A stretch of DNA of 64,000 nt from Candidatus Dadabacteria bacterium. Lineage in GTDB: Bacteria; Desulfobacterota_D; UBA1144; Nemesobacterales; CSP1-2. The stretch covers positions 1-64,000 of the forward strand of contig CAWDVW010000006.1 in the NCBI GenBank assembly GCA_963805855.1. The letters are read 5' to 3'. This document shows, piece by piece, positions 11,249-21,548 of this stretch. The first letter of the stretch is position 1. Each line of letters starts with the position of its first letter. Both the position numbers and the translations under genes were made by a program. The notes under the pieces were generated by a model. It was given only the letters and a program-made list of their open reading frames with translations. It made no database searches and had not been told where the DNA came from.

Positions 11249-12091
11249 ATGATTAAAAGCTATTCAAGCAATTTGAGCTTGTCCAAAACTTTTCGAATTT
11301 TCGAACGTGCCAGATTCCCCGTAAAAAGATATTGTTTGCGTTGCAAGTATCGTGGTTTATCAAGATTATCAAATCGAAGATATTACTGCCGTCGTTGTAG
11401 TTACAAGTTTTCCGCGCTCACCAATACTCGTCTTAGCAGAAGCTTTCTTCCTCTAGATAAATGGTACGAATTGCTCTGGTGGTTTGCTTATGACCACACT
11501 GCTAACCAGACTGCAAAAGAAGTGAGGTTGCCTCAACAGAGGGTTCATAGATGTTTTTCTACTATTCGACTAGCCATTTACGATTATGAGCAACTCGAGA
11601 TGAAACATGTCCTGGGTCAGGCGAGGAAAGATGAGACGCTTGTAGATATTAAGAACGAAATAATGAAAAAGGCTGGCCTGAAATATTACGCGAAGGCAAA
11701 GGCCGTTAAACATTTTGGCGTTGCAAGAATTCAAAAGAACCCCGTTTTTTGTCTTTATGAATTAGGTGGTCGAGTATATATCGGGTCTATCAGTGAACCT
11801 GAGAAGAACACTTTCCAGGCGATAATCAATGGAACCATTCTTCTCGACGAGCCAAGAGACCAGAAAAAAGAAGAATACGAAAAGGATCAGAGGGATAAGA
11901 AACCTCATACGAATGCTATAGAAGAATTCTGCAGCTATTTAAAAGAACAAATCATTAAACATCATGGTGTATCAAAGAATAATCTTATTTACTATATCAA
12001 GGAGAAAGAATTTAGATTTAATCAAAGACAGTTAAGAAAAAAAGGATTTGTAGAAAAACTGGTTGCAATCTTGGTAAATCCCAGTCATTGA
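11249..12091 (+). mobile_element. IS1595 (ISXO2-like) family transposase, possibly degenerate
   Basis: Zn ribbon CLRC..CRRC, KDET, HTNAIEEF, KHHGVSK, YIKEKEFRFN; no clear terminal IRs seen. Confidence 0.75.
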
Positions 12092-12219
12092 ACGGCGTAG
12101 ATGCCATAACTAAATATCACATAATACATTTTCACTGCAAAAGATTATAACTTAAGTCCAATTTACTATGATTAAACAAACAATTATAGTTACATATAAA
12201 ATTAGTTAAGGAGATAAAT

Positions 12220-12402
12220 ATGGATGAGCATCACCTAAAAGATGAGGATACGAGTGTAGATAGCGTCAGAAGGAGACTATTAAAGATTGGAATCTATTCT
12301 GTTCCTGCTGTCATACTCTTAGGAAGAGTTCCCAAGGCAAGGGCAAGTAATGGAGTTTCATCTCTTTCTACTTCAACTTCTTCACCTCGTAGGCCCAGGT
12401 AA
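12220..12402 (+). CDS. Small peptide with Tat-like leader and Ser/Thr-rich tail; putative RiPP precursor
   Basis: RBS AAGGAG at 12208; SVRRRLLK..YSVPAVILL..ARA|SNGVSSLSTSTSSPRRPR; lies directly upstream of the kinase, PqqD and NTase genes. Confidence 0.75.
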   Translation: MDEHHLKDEDTSVDSVRRRLLKIGIYSVPAVILLGRVPKARASNGVSSLSTSTSSPRRPR

Positions 12403-12567
12403 AACGATTAAGAGAAAGGAATAATGACGTTTCAATGCTAGGTGAAATTCTTGAATTTAGATCCTATCGATGTACTGATTTTATACCTATTATTTCAGAA
12501 ACGGTCGGAGGCGTGATTTTCAATTACTTGCCGATTTCGCATACTCGGTATTATTTCATGATCACAA

Positions 12568-13446
12568 ATGGTTAGAGATACGCTTAGCTCAGATGTTAAA
12601 TTCTTTTACACAATAAATGTTCCGAGCCTTTTTATTAAAGCTTTGTCTAATTCCCGCGATTTCATTGATCAATTTCGAAAACTTACGTCTGGATTGCGAT
12701 TAAACAGTAAAGAACATCTGGCTGACGTTGAATATGAGATTTGTTTGACGCCAAACGGCTATGGTAAACATCATATAAAAAGAAACGGAAGCATTGTTTA
12801 CAAAACCCATGATCGTGGTGACCTTCTAATAAAGTTACTTGTATCTGTTCAGAATGATTTTATACAAACTTTCGACGATCACCTCATTCTTCATTCAGCG
12901 TTAGTTATTAAAAATGGGAAGGCCATCGTTCTCCCTGGACATAGAAAAAGCGGCAAGAGCACACTTGTTATATCTTTGCTAAAACATGGGTTTAAATATT
13001 ACTCAGATGATATCACAGCTATTAATCTGAAATCATGGGGAGCTACTGGATTTCCAAGGGCCATAATGATTAGAAATGGATCTTTATCTTTATTTCCTTC
13101 TCTTAAACCGGAATTAAGTTGTTATAGTTACAAATTCAACAATGGTCATAAGTCAAAGAAGGTCCATTTAGGAATACCTTCAAAAAGGGTATTGGCGCCT
13201 TTGAATAAATCTTTTCCCATATCATCAATAATTTTTCCTAAATATAGTGCAAATGGAAACACATCCATAAGCGATATACGAAATTCAACTGCTGCATTAA
13301 ACCTATTGGCTTGCACCATTAATCAAAATAGTTTTGTCGATAGTGGTTTCAACACAGTAGCAAGTATTGTAAGAAATATCAGGTGCTATTCTTTGCAGAT
13401 AAAAGATTTGTCGAATGCTTCTGAAATTGTTAATGGGCTAATTTAG
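12568..13446 (+). CDS. HPr-kinase-related P-loop kinase
   Basis: LILHSALVIKNGKAIVLPGHRKSGKSTL (His + Walker A) and YSDD motif. Confidence 0.85.
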   Translation: MVRDTLSSDVKFFYTINVPSLFIKALSNSRDFIDQFRKLTSGLRLNSKEHLADVEYEICLTPNGYGKHHIKRNGSIVYKTHDRGDLLIKLLVSVQNDFIQTFDDHLILHSALVIKNGKAIVLPGHRKSGKSTLVISLLKHGFKYYSDDITAINLKSWGATGFPRAIMIRNGSLSLFPSLKPELSCYSYKFNNGHKSKKVHLGIPSKRVLAPLNKSFPISSIIFPKYSANGNTSISDIRNSTAALNLLACTINQNSFVDSGFNTVASIVRNIRCYSLQIKDLSNASEIVNGLI

Positions 13447-13489
13447 GGTACTTTTTCGTTACGTCGGGAATCAGAGTTTGGAGGAATAA

Positions 13490-13807
13490 ATGTCAAATGT
13501 CAAAGCGTCAAAAAAAATGAAATCGACTAATCACAATTTAACAAGTGAGAAAATAAACAGGAAAACTGACATCTTAAGAGAACAACTTGATGATGAGACT
13601 CTTCTATTTAATCCAAAGACTAGAAACACTTATGTTTTAAACGATATGGCTGATGTGATATGGGGGCTATGTGATGGAATGCATAGTCCTGAAGAAATTG
13701 CTGATGAAATTGTATCTGTATTGGATGTAGAGCCCGATATTGTATTTAAAGATGTGTCGAAAGTTCTTGAAGAATTCATCCGCCAAAATTTGGTTGAAGT
13801 AGATTAG
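13490..13807 (+). CDS. PqqD-family RiPP recognition element (RRE)
   Basis: LDDETLLFNPKTRNTYVLNDMADVIWGLCDG..SPEEIADEI..DVSKVLEEF..NLV; RBS GGAGG. Confidence 0.92.
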   Translation: MSNVKASKKMKSTNHNLTSEKINRKTDILREQLDDETLLFNPKTRNTYVLNDMADVIWGLCDGMHSPEEIADEIVSVLDVEPDIVFKDVSKVLEEFIRQNLVEVD

Positions 13808-13908
13808 TTTTTGATGAACCTGCAACTATGAACGATGGAGTATTTCCGCTAACTAGCGAATTTTCTGTAGCTTGATGCAGGGAGTTTCATTAAATGTTTT
13901 AGCCGTTA

Positions 13909-14140
13909 TGTCATCCCCGAAGTCAGTAGTCGGGGATCCAGAGGCATTGTTATGGATTCCCAATAACTGCGTTTGGGAATGACACGAGGGGGGTGGATTA
14001 CCGCGGACTATCCGCGAACGACAGAAAGGATAGGCGGGGTTTTCCAACCCGAACGATAAAACATCAGGAATGGAAACCTAAAGGTTTCCGCTACCTTTAG
14101 TTGAAATCCTATTTTGTGTAGCGGAGGACTTTAGTCCTCC
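13909..14140. repeat. REP-like cluster: RPE-like long hairpin, GATAG-type REP, and two GTAG-type REPs
   Basis: GTCATCCCCGA..TCGGGGATCCA..TGGATTCCC..GGGAATGAC (about 13910-13983); GATAGGCGGGGTTTTCCAACCCG (14029); GGAAACCTAAAGGTTTCCGCTAC (14072); GTAGCGGAGGACTTTAGTCCTCC (14118). Confidence 0.75.
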
Positions 14141-14497
14141 ATAAAATCGATTAGGTGAAAACTGCACCGTTATTCATCGACGATCTGTTATTCATTTTTA
14201 TTCTTTCTTTGTCTTGATAGAAAGAAACAAAAATCAAGGGCTGCAAAAAATTAGGAATTAATAAATCAATTCCTTCAGCTAAAAATATTTAATCCGACCA
14301 CGACCCCAAATCTTTTTTTAACGCTTTCGGAATTGATTTTGGCAATTTTTTGAATGCCCATTTAAAACCTAGAAAACTGTCCTCGAATTACTTGACATCT
14401 ACAGCAATGACATGTGGGACTTTCAGTTTTTATTATCATCTCCTGTAGTTTCCCGAAGGGGTATTAACTTTAAACCGATATTCTAGGACGTAAGTCA

Positions 14498-15734
14498 ATG
14501 AATCGAAAAGAAAATAGCCTCCTAGTGCTCCTCTTAAAAAATGAGATTAATTCGGAGGAGAGGGAAGAAGCGGTAAATATCACAAGTCGGAAACCTGCCT
14601 GGGACTATATCTTATCAAAATCAATTGAACTCGATTTGGCTCCGATAGTATATTTCAACCTTAAGACTCTGAGCAAAAGGTACCCCGAAGTCCTTGAAGT
14701 TATACCTGAGCACATTGTAGAAGAGTTGAAAAAGAAATACTACATAAATACTGCTAAAAACAAACTTTTTTTCGAAGAACTAAATAATATCCTTAATTCC
14801 TTCAACGAGGCCGGAATCCCTATCATAGTGCTTAAAGGAGCAGCTCTCGCAGAGCTTTTTTACAACGATAGAGGCTTAAGAAAGATGGTTGATATTGATA
14901 TATTGGTCAGAAAAGAGTACTTAGGACTCTCGGAAGAAATTATGAAGAAGCTTAATTACAATCCAAGAGAAAGTAATATCCCGTCCGATCGTCATTTCAT
15001 GGAAAATCACCACCATCTTGTTCCTTATTTGTCAGAAGATAAGCTAGTCCAAGTGGAAATTCATCATAATCTTATCCCAAATTCAAACCCTCATTCAATT
15101 GACCTCTCAAGAGTTTGGAAAAGGGCAGACAGGGTCGTCATAGGCGGGACAAATAGCATTGACTCTATGTCCGGAAGATATGCTGTTGCATCTATGCCTG
15201 CATGTATCCCTTACAGATACGTTTCTTAGGGAAACTTAGGGGTCTATGCTGATATTCCAGAAATTATACAAAAATGTAAAACAAATTTGAACTGGGATCA
15301 GATTCTCAAGCGAATCTAAAGAATATAGAATTATAACCTACATGTACTACACGCTCTGGAGTTGCAAGGAATTATTAAATACTGAAATTCCTGATGAAGT
15401 ACTGGAAAAATTGAAACGGAAAAAATCAACCGGATATATTGAAGATAAAGTTTTAAAAGGTCTAATTTGTCGATATGTCTTCGTGGCAGATCAGTCTGGA
15501 AATTTTATCCCTCTTGGAATCATCAGATCATTTGCACAAAAACTTTTACAAGATACGGGGAGAAGGAATATTTTTATTACATTTGCAATTAGCATAAGAG
15601 AAACTTTTAATAGTTCGATCGTAAGTAAATATCAGGGGCGAAAATTAATGCCCCTCTACATTTTCTTACAGGTTTTTCGAGTGTTTTTTAAATATTCTTG
15701 GATTAGATTTGAAAAAGGTAACAGGTATATATAA
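14498..15734 (+). CDS. Nucleotidyltransferase (NTP_transf_5-like), frameshifted near 15150-15320
   Basis: IVLKGAALA..RKMVDIDILV, VEIHH; an alternative frame continues LCPEDMLLHLCLH; ORF 15342-15734 is the C-terminus. Confidence 0.85.
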
Positions 15735-15905
15735 GTCCGGTATAAGCCTAAGGTTTTAAATCTACATCTAAATTATAACTCTTGTTTATATTAAATAGAA
15801 TCCAAAGTCTAGTTTAAAAGATATCATAGACCTTCTATCATGATAGTAAGGGGAAAGGTTTGTTGTTAAAGCAATGTGTATAGTAGGCTAAAAATCATAA
15901 ATATT

Positions 15906-17021
15906 ATGAGATACATATTAATGCTGTCGTCTTTTTGCGTTTTAGTTGTGACGGGTTGTATAGGTGCGGCTCCAGGACCCGCGATTGCGAGACCTACCCC
16001 AGCAAGAACGCAGGCGTACAGGCCACGAATAAAGAAATAGAAAGCTTAAATAAGAAAATGATAGCCGGTAAGTCATCTAAGAGTGTCGATTCATCTTCGA
16101 ACCCGGTCAGTACGAATGAAGAAATAGACAGCTTAAATAAAGAGATAACGACTAAGCCATTTAAAACTGCATCAGTTCATCTTCGAAATCGGTCACGGAT
16201 GATTATTTAATCGGTCCGGGGGATCTTTTGGAGGTGAAGGTGTATGGTTCTGATGATTTGAATGACGAGGTTAGGGTCAATTCCTTCGGTAAAGTTTCTT
16301 ATTCCCTGGTGGGCGAAGTTGAAGTTGGCGGGCTCAGCGCCTCTCAAGCTGAAGAAAGACTTGAAGGGTCTTCTTGGTGAAAAATACATAAGAGACCCTC
16401 ATGTTAATGTTTTCATTAAAGAGTACAGAAGTAAAAGCGTTGCCGTACTTGGGGCGGTCAAAAATCCTGGAAATTTTGAGCTATTAAAAAAGGGACGACT
16501 GATCGATGCTCTTGCATTGGCTGGAGGTCTTTCTGATACCGCTAGCAAGTTGATATATTTAGCTAGGTCAGGAAAGACGAATCTGAGTGGAAATTGATCT
16601 GGAAAAGGTAGAAAAAGGCAATCTGGTATTATTGGAAATGCCAATACAAGTCGGGGATACAATTTATGTTCCTGAGGCAGGCATCTACTATGTGAATGGA
16701 GCGGTGCGAAGGCCTGGCCAATTTCCGATTACTCCTGGAATCACTTTTAGCCAGGCTATACAAATCGCTGGAGGATTAAGATCTGGTTCTCAAAACGTGA
16801 GACTCGTAAGATATGAAAATGGCCAGCAAAATGTTATACCGGTTGATATTAAAGCTATTGAAAGTGGCGCTGAACAGGATATTCCTCTTCAGGATCGAGA
16901 TATAGTTATCGTTGGCCAAAATGCAATAGTAGCATTTTTACAACAGTTTAGACTGGGATTTAATTTCTGGCCCTTCCCATTCAATATTGGGGGTAGTGGC
17001 GTACCAGATGTACCTCAGTGA
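15906..17021 (+). CDS. wza: Polysaccharide export lipoprotein (Wza/GumB-like, Poly_export + SLBB), with multiple frameshifts
   Basis: Lipobox VVTGC; DYLIGPGDLLEVKVYG; DPHVNVFIKEYRSKSVAVLGAVKNPG; DALALAGGL; QAIQIAGGL; split across several frames. Confidence 0.82.
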
Positions 17022-17069
17022 TATTTTTAAAGCGTCAATTACGATATTTCACTGTTAGAGACGTATTCG

Positions 17070-19373
17070 ATGGAACAAGACGAAAAAGGCAGAGATATTG
17101 TTGCTTATGGAAGTAAGGTTCCTAAGCAATATGCAGATGATATAGAAATTCTGGGCTCCAGTAATAACGAAGAACAGATTGACCCACACACCTATCTGCG
17201 CATTATATGGAAGCATAAAAAAATAGGTTTGATTTTCGTCTTCTTTGTGTTGATGTCGGCGCTCATAGTTTCTATTTTGACAAAGCCTATGTATTTGGCT
17301 AGATCTACTGTAGAGGTCGCGTTACAAAGGCCAAAAATAGTGGGTTTTCAAGATGTGATGGAAATCGCAACGAGGGACCCTGAATCTTTTAACACACAGA
17401 GGGATCTGATTGCTAGCCGCGCAATGGCAGAAGCAGTGCTCGCTAAATATAACCTCTGGGATTACCCTGATTTGTATATCTCTGAACCAAATCTTAATCC
17501 TGTTTCAATTGTTATGTCTTATGTAATGAGGGCTGTTAACACGGTCGTTAAGCCCTTAATGAGGCGGGCGAACAAAGACGTGGCTCAGCAAAGTGTAGCT
17601 AATAGCGCTTTTGTAGTAGAGGACGCCCCTGAAAAGATTAAACAAGACAGGATAATAAATGAATTTCTTTCAAGATTGACTGTGACGCCCTCCAAAGATT
17701 CTCGGATTTTGACAATTACTTTTGAAGCTTATAATCCGCAATTTGCTGCAAAGATGGTGGACGCGATAGCAGATACATATGTTGAATGGAGCGAGGGTCG
17801 TGTAGTCAAAGCTACTCGTGATGCGAGCAGATTTTTGCAAAAACAACTCGGGGAAGTTGAAGGCGATCTAGCGGCGTCCGAGAAGGCGTTTCATCAATAC
17901 ATGGAGGAAAACAACATCGTTTCTCTTGACCAAAATTTGAATCAGATATACGGTACGCTCGATTCACTAAACAAATCATTGGCAAATACCACGGCGGACA
18001 AAGTCGTAAAAGAATCTATTTATGAATCTGTGGCATCCGGGAATTATGACTCGTTTTTCGAAGTCGTTAGCGACCCACTCATTCAGGCGCTAAAGGGTGA
18101 ATATAATGACCTTATGATCCAATACAGTGATCTTAGTTCATTCTACAAGTCTGAGTACCCACCTCTTAAAAAGCTTCAAGCAAAGATTGAAGGGCTCCGT
18201 GAGCGCTTAAATAACGAAATAAAAACCAAGGTTAAGGCTATTGAAACGAATTATAAGACAGCCGCTCACAAAGAGGAACTTCTTAAAACGCGTGTGGACG
18301 AACAGGAGAAGCTGGCTATGGCACTCAATGAAAAGACCGTGCAATATAAAAAGCTTCAAAGAGAGGTTAAGAGCAGTCAGTCCATTTATGACTCATTGTT
18401 GCAGCGTTTAAAGGAAACTGACGTCACGCAAGGCATAAAATCTAATGGTATTCAGGTCGTAGACCATGCATCGATTCCGTTAGCTCCTTTTAGACCCAAC
18501 ATCCCCCGCAATCTCATACTTGCTTTCGTTGTGGGACTGATAGGTGCAGTAGGAATGGCCTTTTTACGAGAGTTCTTTGATAGATCTGTTAAGACTCCCG
18601 ATGAAATTAGAGAAAAGATGCATTTGCCTGTTCTCGGAGCTATATATAAGCTTAATGGTTACAAACACCAAAATGAATTGGAGTATCCGTCAGCAAAGTT
18701 ATGTATGGCTAATCCGAGGTCACCTTTCTCTGAATCTATTCGCAATATTCGTCTGTCAATCTTACTTTCAACTAACGGTAAACCAACAAATTCAATTCTT
18801 GTTACTAGTCCATGGCCGGGTGAGGGTAAGACGACGTTAGCCGGTAACCTCGCGATTTCCTTAACGTTCGGTGGTAAATCAGTTTTATTGATCGATGCTG
18901 ATTTAAGACGTCCCGGTTTGTCTAAGACTTTTGGGGTTGGAGAAGGTATACCGGGTCTCGTAAACTATCTTTTATACCTGTCCGAGATGGAAGACATAAT
19001 CCATTCTACCGATATCCCTCAGCTCTTTTTGCTCCCTCCTGGGTCAAATATTCCACACGATGCCTCAGAGTTATTGCATAGTGATGAATTTAAGCAACTT
19101 CTGCAGCATGTGAAAGAGAAGTTTGACTATATCGTGGTTGACAGCTCTCCTTCAATTGGAATCTCTGACTCTTTTTTGCTTTCAACACTAATTGATGGAA
19201 CGGTAATTGTGGCGAGTACTGGCACAACAACGCAAAAAGATCTTTCTTATGTTGTACAGAAGCTCTATGATATTGATGCGAGACTTTTAGGTGTTGTCGT
19301 AAATCGAGTTGAAGAGGGAAGAGATGCCTATTATGATCGTTATAACCACTACTACAAAAATTTGACACAGTAA
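17070..19373 (+). CDS. wzc: Polysaccharide co-polymerase / tyrosine autokinase (Wzc/GumC)
   Basis: Two TM segments and coiled coil; VTSPWPGEGKTT Walker A; LIDADLRRP; YIVVDS; C-terminal Tyr cluster YYDRYNHYY. Confidence 0.95.
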   Translation: MEQDEKGRDIVAYGSKVPKQYADDIEILGSSNNEEQIDPHTYLRIIWKHKKIGLIFVFFVLMSALIVSILTKPMYLARSTVEVALQRPKIVGFQDVMEIATRDPESFNTQRDLIASRAMAEAVLAKYNLWDYPDLYISEPNLNPVSIVMSYVMRAVNTVVKPLMRRANKDVAQQSVANSAFVVEDAPEKIKQDRIINEFLSRLTVTPSKDSRILTITFEAYNPQFAAKMVDAIADTYVEWSEGRVVKATRDASRFLQKQLGEVEGDLAASEKAFHQYMEENNIVSLDQNLNQIYGTLDSLNKSLANTTADKVVKESIYESVASGNYDSFFEVVSDPLIQALKGEYNDLMIQYSDLSSFYKSEYPPLKKLQAKIEGLRERLNNEIKTKVKAIETNYKTAAHKEELLKTRVDEQEKLAMALNEKTVQYKKLQREVKSSQSIYDSLLQRLKETDVTQGIKSNGIQVVDHASIPLAPFRPNIPRNLILAFVVGLIGAVGMAFLREFFDRSVKTPDEIREKMHLPVLGAIYKLNGYKHQNELEYPSAKLCMANPRSPFSESIRNIRLSILLSTNGKPTNSILVTSPWPGEGKTTLAGNLAISLTFGGKSVLLIDADLRRPGLSKTFGVGEGIPGLVNYLLYLSEMEDIIHSTDIPQLFLLPPGSNIPHDASELLHSDEFKQLLQHVKEKFDYIVVDSSPSIGISDSFLLSTLIDGTVIVASTGTTTQKDLSYVVQKLYDIDARLLGVVVNRVEEGRDAYYDRYNHYYKNLTQ

Positions 19374-19509
19374 AGACCGTAGAAAGGGATGAAGATGACG
19401 AAGGGATAAATGATATTTCAAATGAATTGAAAAATGTTTACCGAATCGGCTGTATGTCAAGGCGGCAAACTTAGTTTCAGCTCTTCACTTAGATTTTTTT
19501 AGCAGTTGT

Positions 19510-19710
19510 GTCATCCCCGAGGATTCCCCGATCAAGCCTGCACTCGAATGAGTTGGTCGGGTGGATTTCGAGGACAGGCGTTAATCGGGGATCCAGGGGT
19601 AAAAGCATGGATTCCCTAATCCTCCTTTCGAAAAGAAGGAAATTAAAGAAAGTTCCTCTTTTATAAAGAGCCCGGCATGAGTCCATCGAATGGGGATTTA
19701 GGGAGATTTC
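19510..19710. repeat. Nested REP/RPE-like palindromic repeats
   Basis: GTCATCCCCGA...TCGGGGATCCA..ATGGATTCCC, similar to 13910 and 30487, followed by a CCCTAATCC..GGGGATTTAGGG element. Confidence 0.55.
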
Positions 19711-20071
19711 CAGGTCCTCGTCTCAGATATTCTTAGCGCAATTTATGGAATTCCGTTAAAGTCCTTTTCGTTCTCAAAAGAATTAATGAAAATAAGTCTG
19801 TGCATGAAATTGCAAGAATTTTGCCCACGAACTATCTAACATTTAAAGCAGTGTCGAAAGAGACCTCTTCTTTATCGCTGACCCAAGTGCTGCTCAGAAC
19901 CGGTCCGAATATTATCAATCGTCTAAAGTTGGTCTCATATAACGTCTCACGATCAACATTCGGGAAACTATGAGGGGATTTCACACGCCAAGTTATCAAT
20001 ATTTCGCGTCTGTCGGACGGCTTACTTGCTTCAGGGTTGCTAAAATATGGAGGATAAAAGGAAGATCTACG

Positions 20072-21505
20072 ATGGCTAAGAGAGGACTTAAAGTATTCGC
20101 AATGTTATTGGCTGGTGGTTCTGGTTCGCGACTATGGCCACTTTCAAGAGAGCTCTACCCGAAGCAATTGCTAAGTTTAATAGGTGACGACACGTTGGTG
20201 CAATCGTCGGTTAAAAGGATTCTTCCGTTAATAACAATTGATAATATAAGAATAGTCTGTGGAAAACCCCACTATCACGAAATCGAAAAGCAACTAAAGT
20301 CGATTAGAATCCCTACCGAGAATAAAATAATAGTCGAACCCTGTGGAAGAAACACAGCGCCTGCTATACTCTTAGGCGTTTTGAGTATTTTAAAGTCTGA
20401 AGAGGATGCGCTTATCATTGTACTACCGTCCGATCATATCATTTCGAGCCTTAATGAATTTCAAAATACGTTAAAATCTGGAATTAAGTATGCGGAACGG
20501 AATTTCATACTAACCTTTGGTATCAAACCTTGCTACCCTGATACAAACTACGGGTATATAGAGGCGATCGAGGCATACGATAGCAAATCTTTATTTGTCC
20601 GAAATTTTCACGAAAAACCAGACATGCCTACGGCAGAAGAATTTGTAAAGAAAGGAAACTACTTTTGGAATAGCGGAATCTTTGTCTTTAAGGCATCAAC
20701 GATAGTGAGTGAATTTAAGAAATATCAACCAGAGATTTTCGAAACAATGAGCCGTTTATTCAATCTCGAAACAAGTATTAGTCAGGAATCCTATAAAAAA
20801 CTTCCAAATATCTCAATAGATTACGCTATTATGGAAAAAACCAACAAATGTTTAGTCATACCCTCACATTTTGGCTGGAGCGATCTCGGTTCTTGGAAAT
20901 CGCTATATGATTTCTTGCCAAAAGACGACAACAATAATGTAGCTAAAGGGGATGTTGTTGTGAGAGAGACAAGAAATTCAATGATTGCAAGTCAAGATCG
21001 ACTGGTTGTTGCCAATGGTTTGGAGGGTATGGTAATAGTCGAAACAAACGATGCAGTTCTGGTATCTGCCTTAAATAAAAGCATGGATCAAAAGTCATTA
21101 ATAGAATTATTAAAATCTAAAGGCCGAAAAGAAGTAGAGACGCATACTACAATAAATCGGCCATGGGGCTCTTTCAAGGTTTTAGAAGAAAATAATGGAA
21201 ATAAAATTAAGAGAATAATTGTTTTGCCCGGAGCGAAACTCTCGTTACAGATGCATCAACACAGAAGTGAGCATTGGGTAGTGGTTGAGGGTACGGCCAA
21301 AGTTATCAACGGGGATCGAAGATTGATTTTGAATGAGGGTCAATATACATATATACCCAAAAGAACCGTTCATCGTCTGGAAAACCCGAGTGACTCACCC
21401 TTACAAGTGATTGAGATTCAAACTGGCAATTATTTAGAAGAAGATGATATCGTGCGTTTTGAAGATGATTTCGGGAGGGTAAATGCGACGCCGGGGATTC
21501 TTTAA
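20072..21505 (+). CDS. manC: Mannose-1-phosphate guanylyltransferase / mannose-6-phosphate isomerase
   Basis: LAGGSGSRLWPLSRELYPKQ, EPCGRNTAPA, WNSGIF, SIDYAIME, WSDLGSW, RPWG, LQMHQHRSEHW. Confidence 0.96.
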   Translation: MAKRGLKVFAMLLAGGSGSRLWPLSRELYPKQLLSLIGDDTLVQSSVKRILPLITIDNIRIVCGKPHYHEIEKQLKSIRIPTENKIIVEPCGRNTAPAILLGVLSILKSEEDALIIVLPSDHIISSLNEFQNTLKSGIKYAERNFILTFGIKPCYPDTNYGYIEAIEAYDSKSLFVRNFHEKPDMPTAEEFVKKGNYFWNSGIFVFKASTIVSEFKKYQPEIFETMSRLFNLETSISQESYKKLPNISIDYAIMEKTNKCLVIPSHFGWSDLGSWKSLYDFLPKDDNNNVAKGDVVVRETRNSMIASQDRLVVANGLEGMVIVETNDAVLVSALNKSMDQKSLIELLKSKGRKEVETHTTINRPWGSFKVLEENNGNKIKRIIVLPGAKLSLQMHQHRSEHWVVVEGTAKVINGDRRLILNEGQYTYIPKRTVHRLENPSDSPLQVIEIQTGNYLEEDDIVRFEDDFGRVNATPGIL

Positions 21506-21548
21506 ACGTCCCAGCGAGTAAAACCAAACATTATCTTAAGCTTAAGAT

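Noticed and set aside
12220-13807. Classical lasso peptide cluster
   Set aside because: No asparagine-synthetase-like cyclase or B2 peptidase in the window; the peptide lacks Thr(-2) and has no Asp/Glu acceptor in its tail
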